Source of the DNA: Rhynchobatus australiae
Lineage: Eukaryota
Direction of reading: 5' to 3'
DNA: 64,000 nucleotides
Assembly: GCA_034780895.1 (NCBI GenBank)
Contig: JAUZTB010000048.1
Coordinates: forward strand, 26,134,051 to 26,198,050
The translations under genes were made by a program, and so were the position numbers. Positions 38,986 to 53,200 of this stretch are shown here, piece after piece (within the stretch, counting starts at the first letter, position 1; every line of letters begins with the position of its first letter). The notes beneath the pieces were generated by a model. That model was not told the origin of the DNA and searched no databases. It was given only the letters and a program-made list of their open reading frames with translations.

Positions 38986-41900
38986 GAAGGACACAAGTCC
39001 AAATTCCCACAACTGGTTTCTACTGATTTTTTTTTAAAAAAAACAAGAAACGTCAAACGAATCATAGAGGTTTAAGCATTTCTTCTAATAAAAAAATTGC
39101 AACCTGAAAAAGGTATTGCAAATATAAATAAGTTAATGCTCAGTAAATATCCAAGTAGAGTTGCTAATCTTTCCCCAAATTTGAGGCAATTGCTTCAAAT
39201 CATGAGGGAATTATTATTTACTTAAACTTTAAACTGAAAGAGCCAGCACTATCAAAATAAAATGCAAAACAACCATTCAGAAACAAATCAAAATCTAAGA
39301 CTGAAGAAAAATTCAAGTTAAAAATTTTCTTAAAACCAATTTACATACACGTTTCAAATTGTTTAAAGTGAATTGATTACATATTAGGAATAACCATTAA
39401 GACATGAAAGTTAAAATGACTTTAAAAATGGCTAGTAAAATTAAGAGTCACAACACCTAAATTTTATGCATTCTGCTTTCAGGTTATGCAAACCTAATCA
39501 CTATTTTAAATTAATAGGGAATGGCACTTTTGATTTTGTTTTGGGACTTTTTTTTGAGGGTATGCAGTCACTTAAGTTCTTGGTAGAAAAAGGCCAGAGC
39601 AAAAAGTGGTTGACAGATCAGTACATTGACAGCCAGGCTAAGCTTGTTCTGAAGCAGATGCTTCAGTGAGCATAAAATGATGTTGGCAAATTTGTTCATT
39701 CTCAGTGTTTAGTTACATGATCATTGAATAGGGCATCATATTTTCCCCCTCGGCTAGACAAAATGCTTTACCAGCAACCACCCCCTCCCCACCCCCAAAT
39801 CATTTCCTAGGCTTTTGTTGACTAACAAGCACATTTTCTATTTTACACATTTGGAATTAATAAATGGAAGATTTCAAAGACAATTCGGATGTCCTATATT
39901 CCCCTTCAGACAGGTGGATTTAGATCAGACTGGTATATGCTGTTTGTTACAAGTATTTATCACTGCACTACGACTGGGGCTGGTATAATAATCATATTTT
40001 TCTTCTGTTTTATCAAAATCCCAGAACTGTATTACAAGGGCAATAGAATTCAACTTGAATTAACGTTAGTTAAATTCTGCAATGTGGAGGATAGGAAGAG
40101 TAACAAATATCAATCTTGCCTTCACAGAAAAGACAGAGAAAGAAAATTAGATTCTTCACATTCAAGCTTCAGAAACCAAGTTGATGACTTTAATACGAGC
40201 AAGTGTGTTTAAGCACCTTGCAGTGTTCAAAGCATTAACTATTACACGAATGGATTAAATTTAGAATTCACCACTACAAAACCCTGGATATTGAGAGGGC
40301 TGCCATGTGTTGGCACCAAGGTACTCAATCTCATTGCATTAAAACTAAAATTTCCATCACACCAACCACTAAATTTACTCTATACATATCTTAAGAGACA
40401 AAGTCTGTTTTATTTGCTTAGTAGACATTTAAGTTGTTCTGTTGCCACCAAAGAAAACAAATCTTTTAATCAAAACACTCCATTTGATTGCCTGTTTGTG
40501 CCAAGTCAGATGACTCTTAACCAAGTTAGCCACCAGACAACAAATGGCCTCATTACACTTGGTCTCCACCAAAAAGCCAGCACATTCTGACAACCATCCA
40601 TCAGAAAGTACTCCATGCATGGTTGGTAGATAAAATTAAGAACAGCTTTGACAAAAGCTCAATGTCAAATTCTCTACTTACAGTCATTGGGCAGGTTTAT
40701 ACAAAAAGAATGGCAACCAGGTCAAGTAGAGCAAAGCTTGAGAGACCAGGTCTCTGGGATACAGGACTCCAGACTGAGGCAACAACTTCAGTAAACAAAA
40801 AAAACATGAGGGCAAGCTGAAGTTGAGGGAGCCCAAAATACTTCATTTAAAAATGTTTAAAAAACAGTTGCTCCTCACCAGTAGCTGTACAGGGGAACAT
40901 GAATTTGCTGGATAGTGCTATAAATGAGGCTCTATTGTCTCATACAATTTTTGATCAGTCTCAAATGATTTTACCTACTCACAGACCAGAACAATGAATA
41001 TTTGAAGAGCAGAGCTACACATAGAAATTTTCTCTCAACCAATCCAAACTGAGCTGCTTTTATGCACATTAACAAAAAGATATTGTTTAATAAATTCCTT
41101 TGCACACAGAAGTTGGATACAGAGCTCAAACAATTTCAGTCCTTTAAGCAAGTACCATCTACATTTACAGGCCAGTAATTTTCTTTTTAAACTGGAAATA
41201 CAGCAATNNNNNNNNNNCCTACTCCAGTCCATTGGCTGTTGCATATTCATAATCCTCCTGCCTGACCTAAATATTCATTCGCTGCTTGCAGGACACAGCC
41301 TTTTGAATTTTGCCAGTATGTCAAAAGGCTTCCTTGGCAAGACTTAAAGACGTGTATTTCATCAGTCAATATAGAGCCAACACAGCCTCTCATCACCTCA
41401 GTTCCTCAGTTCTCATCAAGAACTATACACACATTCTTATGATAGCACTAAATGCTGTTCAGCAATACTGTATATTAATAAACTAGGGATAACACTGCAT
41501 AGGTTTTACAGGAAACTTGAGTTAATAATTGAACTTAAAAGTCTTTGAGCAACAAGTAAGATGCTGGAGCAACTCAACATGTCAGGCAGCACCTGTGGAG
41601 GACAATGGAAAGTCCATGTTTCAGGTCAAGACCAGTTTAGCACAGGAAGTACCTTCATCAAAATATAAAATCAGGAAATAAAAGGGGAGCATTTGAAGTA
41701 GGAAGTTAATTATGTTATGGATGCAAGGTATTTGGGCTGAATCTACTGGGAAAGATATGAAACTTACATGTAGAAGGAAGAAAATTCTGGGATACTAAAA
41801 CATAACATAGGGATTTTTTCTAAATTTGGCTAATAATTTGAGAGTAAGAACATAATAAAATTGAATTGCTGATGATATCTTTTCTGTAAAACAGTAAGCA

Positions 41901-42057
41901 ACAAGCAAACCAATTTGAAGTTTAGTAGAGGTTGGACAGAACCTTCAATTTCTTCCACTTTGTTTAATACAGAGAAATGGCTTAAATTTTAAATAAAAAC
42001 ACAACTAGACAGATTATTTTAATGGAAAACAATGTTTGGAACTGATAAAGACACAGC

Positions 42058-42131
42058 TGGGATCATAGGGTGTAGCTTCTAGGACCTTCTTGTTCTTGAG
42101 GAGGTCCCAGAAGCTACACCCTATGATCCCA
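42058..42131. repeat. Near-perfect 74-nt inverted repeat
   Basis: TGGGATCATAGGGTGTAGCTTCT pairs perfectly (23 bp) with AGAAGCTACACCCTATGATCCCA; the stem extends to about 33 bp with two non-Watson-Crick positions. Confidence 0.95.
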
Positions 42132-42479
42132 AAAGACCAAGAGGAAATAAAAAGGAATGATTCCATGAATGCCAAGAAAAAAATCAAAGGTTTAGATTGA
42201 GGGTAAAAGAAGTGGCTTTATTGATACCTTTAAGATCATCATGTGACAGGAAAGTAGATTCCAAGATGACAACAGTGCAAACTGCAAGAAAAATTATCAA
42301 AGTGTGCTAAACGTACAGAAGATTGTACCTATGAGAAACTGAAAATAAAGTTATATACATTAAAAAAAATGCTGACAGCAGTGCAAAAGCAGAGCTGTGG
42401 AAATGAAATAAAACCGCAAGTGCTATAATACACAGCAGGTCATATTCTTCTTTACCAAGGCTCACTTTGAGGAATGGAG

Positions 42480-42920
42480 CAAACCAAGTGTAGTCAAAAG
42501 AAATAGTACTTGATAAGTTGCCAATAAATCCTAAAGATCCAATTATTTATATCCCAGAATTTTGAAAAGAACTGGCTTTTGAGATCTGGTTGCTCTGATT
42601 ATCATTTTCCAAAGTTCTGTAGATTCTGGAACTGTTCCTATGGGTTGGAGGTGACAAATGTGACCCCACTATTTAAGTTAGGAGAACAGAGAGTAAACAG
42701 GGAACTACCATCCTCCTGGCATAATGTCAATGACAGTGAAAATGCTGGAATCTATAAATGAAGAATTTGATGACAGAACATCTCAAAAACAATACGATTG
42801 AGCAGAGCCAACATGAATTTTTAAAGGGAAATCACATTTGACTAATTTGCAGGAGTTTTGAGGATGTGACAAGGAGAATAGGCAAGGGAGAACCAGTGGA
42901 TGTAAGGTATTGACTTTTTG
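42480..42920 (+). mobile_element. CR1 LINE reverse-transcriptase N-terminal fragment
   Basis: PRILKELA.EI, NVTPLFK, GNY, SQHEFLKGKSHLTNL.EF, EDVT.RI..GEPVDV motifs across frameshifts. Confidence 0.8.
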
Positions 42921-45900
42921 AGATTTTACTTTATGTTAGATGTTTATTCTGGACAAATGTTTCATTTCATGCTTTCCTCCAAGTTACTACACAAGTGGTG
43001 AACCAAGAGGTTTATTCAAGTTCTATAGATGGGGAAGACTGGGCTATCATTCATGTGAACAGCCTCTCTGGAGGTAGCTTTGTCACAGTGAATATCAGGA
43101 GGAGCAACCATGGTCAGTGTCAACAAGCATTATAGTGTAGATTTCAGGGTTCTCATGATAACATGTATTGAAGAATTTAACTGGGCATCCAAAAAAGACC
43201 AAAGAGAAATTTCTTTGAGGGAATTGGGGCATGGAATGCTCTGCTCTGCCACCCAGTCATTCAAAAAAACTGATCTTTTCAATGGAAAAAATGTTTATCA
43301 CAGCAGAAAAAAAGAGAAACACCAAGAATAATGCATTTGTTATCGGGGCAGGAGCCCACTGAGATGCACTGTACCTGCTACTGAGAAGACCAATACCAAT
43401 GCAGAACTGCAGAGTACTTTCATGGGAGGTACTCAGCTGGTTTTCACATCCAGTTCACCAAACACTTGATCTTTGCAGTATATTTTTGAAGGTGGTCATG
43501 AGAAATTCAAGTACAGTAGAGCATTAGACCCAAGTAGGATGAAAATGGGCATCTATAATTTCTCTCTACAAAAGGTGAAGTTGGGATGGACATTCTTTGT
43601 GATTGGGGAAGTGAAATCTGAGACTTCTGACTTGGTTAGAGCCTTCATGCAGATATCCACTGCCATTTCTGGCAGATCAAGATTCCACATGCCTTCCTTC
43701 TTCTTTCCAGCCTTTGACCGAGCACTAAGTGCACAGCCATTAGGAGAAGCAATTTTTCCTCAGAGCAGTAACAGGCATAAATGGTTTATGAAGAAAGATG
43801 GGGGCAAAAATTCTTCCATGTGGGAAATCATTATTTTGGATCCTTGATCTGTTCACTAAACCAGATGCAAAACACAAGATTATTAAGAAATGGCCACAAA
43901 ACACAGAGCAGTCTGACACATGGAAAAAGGCACAACAACTTTTGCAATGTCCATGCTTTCCAGCAGCAGGACATTCAACATAAAAGATCAATGAATGAAG
44001 TGGCAATTTTGAGGATGTGCTGAAAGCCATCATCAATGTCCAAGGTCAGAAGCCCACTTAGACATACAGTAACTGGTGTTGAGAAGACCAACACGAGAGC
44101 AGAGGTGCAGAGTCGTTGGTTCACTGCAGCTTCAGTATAGTATGAAACATGCTTCTTCTGTGTGGATAGAGCCTTGATAAATGGGTTAATTGTTCAGAAT
44201 CAAACTCGACAGCCAGCTTGTGATCCAGCCTGCAAGGTGGAAATCCAAAACAGGAAAATCAAAAACTCATGTTATCATAACATGACAAACTGCCTAATGC
44301 AACACAACAGAAACCCTACAGCTCAGGCTGTAGGAAGAGTTGAAACTCCCTATAGACTAATCCAATAGATGAATTTATTGGACATTTCTTTCCTGTTAGA
44401 TTCAACTTTGTGTATACAATAACCATTAGATGGAGTCTGAAAAATGTTACTATTTAAAAACTATCAGGCATTTAGCATATTAAAGTGCAGANNNNNNNNN
44501 NNNNNNNNAGTGAAAGAGAATAAAGGTTAATAGAAATTGGTCAGGCTACAGGAACAGATATGGTGTACTCTGGAGGTGCATGTTGGGACCACTTCATAGG
44601 CATTATTTATTTGATGAAGGAGAAATTAAAATTTGATCCCAATTCAAGAGAGTGATAAAAGGACAGTGAATGGGTTCAGCTTATGACATAAGTTACAAGT
44701 TTAAGGGAATCAGCTTATAAATTATAAATCCAAAAAAGGAAAGGACCAAAGAAAAATTTCTTCAAGGGTGTTGAGGCATGGAATGCTGCGCTCTGCCACC
44801 CAGTCGTTGAGGAAAAAAAACTAATCTCTCCAGTGGAAAAATGTTTATCACAGCAGAAGAAACATTCAAGGATAGAGAACTGGGCCATGAAAAGATTTGG
44901 TTTGCTATACACACAATTTAGCCGTAATTAGTCCAACTACTCAGCAGGAACTGAGAAAATAGTTACACAGGATAACAAGACAAGAATAAAACAAAATAAA
45001 TTGTATTTTATTGGGAAAAAAATACAATCACAAAAATTTGGAAAAAATATTTAGCGGGGAGGCCATGGTGGTGGTGTTCAATGAATGCTCTAATTGTAGA
45101 GCAATGGTAAGGTTAGCAAATGCACAGATTGCAAGCAGATATAAAAACACAAAATCTGCAAAGTCAGCAGTGATCAGAGCAGCAGATGATGCACGGCTAT
45201 AGGATAGGTCACAGTACTGATTGAGCTCAGACACATGAGCACCTGTTAGTTAACTTGATGGAACACATTATGTAAACTTGCACTGAAATTTATATTCCAG
45301 GATTCCAAGAGCTTTGTCCAGCTCAGAAAAGATCATATATTGTCATGGTTCATTTCATAGGCACTATCAAGAATATTTTGAGTTCATTCTCATTTACACT
45401 ATATCTTTTTTAAAAACATGAAAATGTTTCACAAGAAAATAAATGTGATCTTCAAATAATGTTTCTCAAACATCTTGAGATGGGTTCAAGTTAACATTTT
45501 GCACTTAACTCCTCTATTAATGAGTGAGCTATCAATGATGTTTTTCTGTAGATCTGATGGTGTGGTATAACAATGCAAGTGAGCACTGAATATCAAACCT
45601 CATATTTCTGTTCTACAACAAGTTATCCACAATCCTTTCCTGCTCATGATGTTATTTTAGTTCAAATGTTTTTTTTGATCAAAGTACATTTTTAAAAGTG
45701 ATAATTTGAACTTTAGACACTTCTCCAAGCCCTCCATGTGAAAATAATGAATAACCAGCAGAAAGGAGAAAAGGAATAAATAATGATGGTTGGAGCAATG
45801 GTCAAAAGCTACAGTGAAAAAAGGATTTGATTTTGTGATCAAATACAATTGATGACAAAAGGAATTCCAAAAGCTGGCAGTGAGCAATCACTAGCAATGA

Positions 45901-46979
45901 GCTGGAGGGAGTGGGAGACAAGCAGTCACCCCAAAATGCCCTATCCAGTATACTCTCTCCCTGGTGGATCCATTTTTTGATGTTTTAAAAAAGGCATAAC
46001 GTGAAAAAGAATGTGCTATATCAACAAAGCAGCTTCTAACATTGTAATTGGCTAATCGAAGATCTATCTTTCGATTATCGTTGTTATTCTATATCAACTC
46101 ATGACAGATCTGCCCTCAAAGTCCTTTCGTTCCTTCAAGAAAACAGGACAGTAGGTATTGGCATTTTGTTTCTATTATATTTTACTGGATTAGGGGAGAA
46201 ATATGATCAGAAAACAATGCGCAGTAGTAGATCCAACCACAGTTCTTTTTCTTTTGGCGTCAGGGTTTAATTTCATTGCAGTGTGGCGTTTTATTGGCAA
46301 AATAAATTTTGCCAGTTTCCACTCACCTCTGTACAAACTAATGAGATGAATATACTATGCAAAAGCTGCTCATAATTCAACTATAATTGGTTCTCAAGGA
46401 CAATCTCACTCAACATTTCACCCCATTTCAAACTACTGTTATACTTGACTCAATGCTAATGTTACATAACTTATTTTAATGACCAGAAAAACATACCCAA
46501 TNNNNNNNNNNNNNNNNNNNNNNNNNNNNNNNNNNNNNNNNNNNNNNNNNNNNNNNNNNNNNNNNNNNNNNNNNNNNNNNNNNNNNNNNNNNNNNNNNNN
46601 NNNNNNNNNNNNNNNNNNNNNNNNNNNNNNNNNNNNNNNNNNNNNNNNNNNNNNNNNNNNNNNNNNNNNNNNNNNNNNNNNNNNNNNNNNNNNNNNNNNN
46701 NNNNNNNNNNNNNNNNNNNNNNNNNNNNNNNNNNNNNNNNNNNNNNNNNNNNNNNNNNNNNNNNNNNNNNNNNNNNNNNNNNNNNNNNNNNNNNNNNNNN
46801 NNNNNTGTTTCTTTGCTTACTTTGACTTTATATCATGCCAACAGTCCAGATTTAGTTTGCACTTATACTTCAAGCTCTCACTATGAAACACAGATTACAC
46901 CGATGCCATATCTGTACACATGGTCTGAGAAGCACATCATTACAGAGCTAATAGGTCATCTTCTCTAACACATCAATGT

Positions 46980-47280
46980 CATATGCCTCACAGCTGTAGC
47001 ATCCCTGGTTTGGGTCCCAACCTCTGGTTTATCTGAGTAGAGTTTGCACATTGCCCTGTAAATGCATGGGTTCTTGCCTCACATCTCACATACTGGCAGC
47101 TTAATTGGCCACTCTGTAAATTACACCAGTGGCAAAAGAAGCAAAGGGGAGAGGAAGTGGGGGCAAGGAGCAGGTTTGTTGATGGGTGTGTCACAGAAAG
47201 CAAGTTGCACAATTCAAGGGAAATGAGCACAAAATGGGATTTATGGGATTGGTCTGTTGGGAGCCAGCATCAACTTGATG
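46980..47280 (+). mobile_element. V-SINE/HE1-like SINE
   Basis: tgcctcacagct...gagtttgcacatt...ttaattggccactctgtaaattac...gggagccagcat. Confidence 0.7.
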
Positions 47281-50200
47281 CATCATAATTAAGTCCAATG
47301 CCCCAAGGGGGACAAAAAACACACATCACGTTGCCATTGTCCTTCCAAAACATAAATCAGTTTTGAGAGATATTCTGATCTTTGATCTTGTGATTCTATC
47401 CACACACCAATCTTGGGGAATGCCTGGGAGCAGTACAACAACTTAGTGTTGTTGCATTTGGCACTGAAAGCAGGTGAATGAGAACCTAACCCTACTTGGG
47501 CTTGAAAACTCTAGTCAAAGCAACACAATTACAAGTATCTAACCATTGTCACACTGTGCAAGAAGCTTCACAATTGTCAGAAGCAAAAGTGTCTGACAAA
47601 TAAGACATGCAAAAATATAACAGAGGCACACCCTTCTTGAATCTGCTTCTCATNNNNNNNNNNNNNNNNNNNNNNNNNNNNNNNNNNNNNNNNNNNNNNN
47701 NNNNNNNNNNNNNNNNNNNNNNNNNNNNNNNNNNNNNNNNNNNNNNNNNNNNNTTGCCACTTTCTACAGATAAATAAAGTAATAAGTTGTGGAAAATAAT
47801 ATTATTTGTTGTTTTAAAAATCGACTCTACACGAATTCTCTGAAATACCTGACAAAGAGGAACAACAACTAGTTCAACTATTTTATGATATCACAACAAG
47901 ACACTATCTCTAGAAAATAACAAAAAAAGTCTCTCTCTTTTTGGTCATTTCCAAACAAAATGAATACAGCAAAATATAAAAACCACAAGACAGAGTGATG
48001 AAACTTGGACCACAGTACATAAATTTTTTTAATAACCACATTTAAGCAAATCAAAATAAATCTATAATTAAATGGGATTAACTTCACAAATGGTTGATGG
48101 AACATTTTCAAAACTAAGTTAAAAGATGGAAATATTGGTATCCTACTAACTTTACAAATAGTCAATCAGCTTTGGACTATTTTGCACAGTATAATGTTAG
48201 TGTTATGAACGTCTAAGATGAGTTGAGATTGTTCTTCATATTGATGTTCTTCTTCCAGACTCTGAATTTATTTGACCATATCATATTTATTGTAGACAAT
48301 ATGAATAGTATCATACTTTTAAAGTGAGAGGAAGTCAATGGTAAATAGATTAATATCTTTTTAAATAATTAAAATGTGAAGCTCTCTGGGAAGAAAAAAC
48401 TATTTTATAAAANNNNNNNNNNNNNNNNNNNNNNNNNNNNNNNNNNNNNNNNNNNNNNNNNNNNNNNNNNNNNNNNNNNNNNNNNNNNNNNNNNNNNNNN
48501 NNNNNNNNNNNNNNNNNNNNNNNNNNNNNNNNNNNNNNNNNNNNNNNNNNNNNNNNNNNNNNNNNNNNNNNNNNNNNNNNNNNNNNNNNNNNNNNNNNNN
48601 NNNNNNNNNNNNNNNNNNNNNNNNTATAACTTCTTTTATAGATTATGGTACTCCTCTTATTGATATACATATGCGCTCACTTTTACTTTCAAATCACCCA
48701 AAACTTCAACAATTGATTTCAACAAGTTTAACAACTTGCTGTTGCTCTTTGCCTGGTATCTTAGGGAATTGGTGTAGAACCAGTTTTAACCCCACTTGCA
48801 GTTTGATTTGCCAAACTGAGAAAGGCTCTCAAGAAAATCAACAGCACTAGAGGCACATCGGACAAGGTTCTTTACCCCAATTTTTATAACCCATTACTCC
48901 CTCATCTCTACACTCCCAAATAGAAAGTCAGCACATTTCCCCAAATATATTTAGCAGTCATGTTTTGTACAAAGAGACATGATAATTTTGAAAAATAAAT
49001 TAGCAAAGCATCAGTCCCATTAATGCAGATTCCAAAGGCAAATCATGTAGAATATGCATCAATCTGCTCCAAACAGAAATAGTTTACATTCTTCAAACAC
49101 ACCAAAATTCAGATGGCAATCCTTAATACAAGATGTACCATTGCTCTAATCCTCATTTAAAATACAAAGAAAACATAAATGCAATGGATTATCAACACTG
49201 ACATTTAAAAGATGAAATGCCCATATACAACCCAGAGTAGGGCAAAATGTGTGTTGCATTTATCACACTTAAAAGGAATAATACTGAAGGAAACAACGAC
49301 TAAGATCATACTAAGAATAAGTTGTATTTCACCGAAGTCTCTTAACTACGTGGGAAACAGAAAATGTGTTCAAAACGATTGTTTGAAGAAAATTTATAAT
49401 AAGAAAAATAGTTTCCACAGGTTAGAAGGAACAATGAGGAAGATTAGCATATTTTTTTCATCGAACAGGAGGGTTAGAACATTTATGCATCACCACAGGT
49501 GGCTTTTTCAGGCTGAAACTATGACCCAACTAAGAAGAGTAACAAATACAACATGTTTAGGGTTCATCTGCATCCAAATGGAGAAAACTTAGACATTTCC
49601 TCACCAATTGTGACAAAGTCTCTCCGACCTAAAATGTTTATTGTTTCTCACAGATGCTCTATGACCTCAATGTTTCCAGTATTTTATTTCAGAATTCCAC
49701 CATAAAGGTTTTTTTTTTAATTTTCATAACGTGTCCCCCACTGAAAACATATCTGTCTTTTTACAAGCAGAGTACAGTTTCTCATTCCAGCATTTACTGT
49801 CAAGGATATTATTTCAAGGAAAATTGGCTGATTAAATGAAAAACCATAAGAGTATGAGAAGTGGAATTACTGTGGATCTTAATAGCTGAAGAGCTCATAT
49901 CATCACAGTTNNNNNNNNNNNNNNNNNNNNNNNNNNNNNNNNNNNNNNNNNNNNNNNNNNNNNNNNNNNNNNNNNNNNNNNNNNNNNNNNNNNNNNNNNN
50001 NNNNNNNNNNCATCACAGTTGCATGGCCCTGAATAGTCCTGTCTAAAATATCAACCGATTCTAGAAAATGAACAATACTTCAAACCATTTTTACATTCTG
50101 TCCTCATCCTTTGAACTACAGTAACTACATGTATAGCATATATTATTATTATACCCTCAGTGGTAGGCATTCCTTTTTAACCAAATTTTGGGCAAGCAAA

Positions 50201-53200
50201 AAGATTATTTACTTATATAAAACATCACTACAAATCTCTCTGCAAGAATCCCAGCCCTTTGGGGAAAGTCCCTGCACAAAGAAATTACCCCATTTTTGTT
50301 CTAGCTTTTCACCATATTACATCTAGGTCTTATGTTAGGGCTGATAAACTCCCATCTGGACTTAACTTGATTAACTTTATCCTTTGACAGGTTTATCTCA
50401 CCTATATTACATAAATTTAAAACCTGCTTAAACTATAGAAACCAATGAAAAGTTGGAACAGTGATCAAGTGTATTTTGTTATCCAAAGTTAAATAAGTAA
50501 TAATTATTTGATCAAGTACTCCACCACCTTCATCTTGCAGAAACTTAGCTGCAATCATACACAACAATTCTTACATTAACAATTAGAGCATATCAAAACC
50601 AGTTCAAAAGATGCAAGGTATTTCTCCTTCAGATATCTGTATGAATTATTTCAGAAAGGTTTAAAATTAAATAATTTCATTGAATATTCTGATACCAAGG
50701 ATAACATTTACAGCAACATTAAATACCAAAAGCATTAGCATAACAAACCACAACACCATACAGCAAGGTGATAACCTAGTCAGGAAAAGTGAGCTGCATT
50801 CCAAAACAACTGTGCATCAGCACTGCTCTATACTCACATCATAGGTGCATGAATGTACTTCTGGAAAATGTAGTTGGGTAACTGATAATGGTCAATCCTA
50901 GATTACATTACTCCTTAGAAAAATCAATGAAATGCAGACCTGATATGATGAAGATCACTCCTACTTTTGTTGATATATATTGATTATTGCATCTTTTGCC
51001 TACAACAACATTGTCATCTTTGTCAAGTTAATGCCATTAAATGCATCTACCCAGCAAAAATTGAGCAAAGATGCATTTGGCAAATTTAACAATCAAAACA
51101 GGAACATCTTGTATGCAAAACAAAAGTAATCAGGATGGAATGTGGGAATTAAATTCTGAATCAGACATATACACCTAACTGTGGAAGCCAGAGGGAAAAA
51201 AGGTAAATACAAGCTGCTCCCAGAATGCCTTTTCATCAGCATGACTGTTTCTTTTTAATTTCTATTTTGGGGATGGACAGGGAATTGAAGGCAAAGGGGA
51301 ATAACATTCATCCAAAGTTTAAAAAGATAATGCCATTTGTTCCTCCATATTACTAAGCAATAAGCTGTCTTTAAAATGAACTGTAAAACGCTTGAAAACT
51401 TTAAACACTAAACAGGTATACTCATGAACATAGAAATATATTTGTCTTCACTTTAAAACTCTATCTTGAAGTAGCTTATAAACTAAAACCAACATAAAGA
51501 CTTCTGCAATTTCCTTAACACTTTAAATTCCTAACAAATTAAGAGTATTTATGATAAAAGGAGTTCCACCCCCACCCCCAATCAAACTCATGTTTAGATC
51601 TGTTCCAATGACTTTGTAATGACTTCCAATTTAGCTTTTATTTTTAAACAAAAATTATTTCTAAAAGTTATGTTAACGTCAATACTTCAGGAATGTTTGG
51701 ATCCAAACCTTTGGGTAACTGGTTTGTTGCAACAACACAAAAGCATCCTCTCGAATCACTAATAATGTTCATTTAATTATTTTCAAATAAATCCCCTCTC
51801 CCCAGGCATTAGTCTTTTGTTTATTCTTTTGTATTTACTACATATAACTGGCCATCTAATTTCAGTTAAATGTAACCAGTAGAATTGGTGAATTTCCATG
51901 TAATATGTGCTTTCCAAAATAGTTTCCCTTAATTTCTGAGGTTAATTGGTGATTGAAAGCACCAAATTTTAAAAAGCTCATTTCACTAAATCACTAATTA
52001 CTCAATGAAAAAGTTAAAGCTGTAAAACGTTACAGTGTGGTGCAAAGTGTGGGCTACAGAAATCAACTCCCATTAAGCCATTATTAGGTCTTGTGAATAA
52101 ATGAAAAGACCTATACTTCTAGAAACCCATGACATCTTTCAAACACACCTCAAGATACTTCACTATATTTCAGCACGTCTAAACATGCAGATATTGTGGA
52201 AAGCAAGGCTTTGTGCTGAATTTTCAGGTAAGTTCTTATACCAGTGAAATTTTTATTTACAAAATCTGTTTAGTAGCATTCTCCCACTGAAAAGTGCAGT
52301 TACTGGATCGTGAGCGATCTAAGTTAGTTATAATTCATTTAATTGCCCAACATGAAAATGATTGCAAAAGAGCGATTTAACAACAATGTATTTTAGCAAG
52401 TTTCATAGTCACCAACTCATTGTGAGCTTGCCTACTTACTTAACGAAAAGCATCAAGATTAAGGTTTACTCAAAAAAGGAAACAGTATTTCAACTGAGTA
52501 AGGTGTTTTAATGTCAGTCATTCATATTGATATGAACAGTTTCACATTTAATGTGAAATTTGGCCAATTCTTTTAAGAAGAAAAAAGTCAGTTTTATAAT
52601 AATTCAGCCAATGGCACCTCAATTCACAAACTCCTAGTCAATTTTGAGCAAAGTAACCCTCCACAAAACACACTTTTAGGAATCTGATCTGGGATACTAA
52701 TCTTCCAGATACCATGAAATACAAAACTGAACTAATCTTGAGAATTTGAAGATAACAGTCTCTCAGTAAAGATACAGAATTAATCTTACAAATCTTGATT
52801 GATCAGTGATAACAAACTGTTTCATAGATAACTTTCCCTCACTCTCTGATGCTATAATTTAGATTATCACTAATCATATTATACTTAAGAACTTAGCAAG
52901 TGAGAGTGACTTATCCAAAGGCTGTTTCTAACACCTTTTTCCATCAGACCAGATACTGGACACCACTATTCCTAAAGAGTCTGTTAATATTACAAATACA
53001 ACATTGAAACTGCATTTACCAGAAACATATTTTAAATTTAACATATTAGCCTTATACATTTCAATTTCAGGAAAATTGGTTCTAAATACAACAGGTTTAA
53101 AACCAAACACAAGTGTTATTCAAAAAGAATTATGTATTCTCTGAAGACCCCTATAAATGATGCCNNNNNNNNNNAGTTAAATGAAAAACACAAGCAATCC

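Noticed and set aside
46053-46077. Short hairpin TAATCGAA...TTCGATTA
   Set aside because: An 8-11-bp stem is expected by chance in 64 kb
49491-49504. CTCF-like CACCACAGGTGGC
   Set aside because: One base short in the core; poor match
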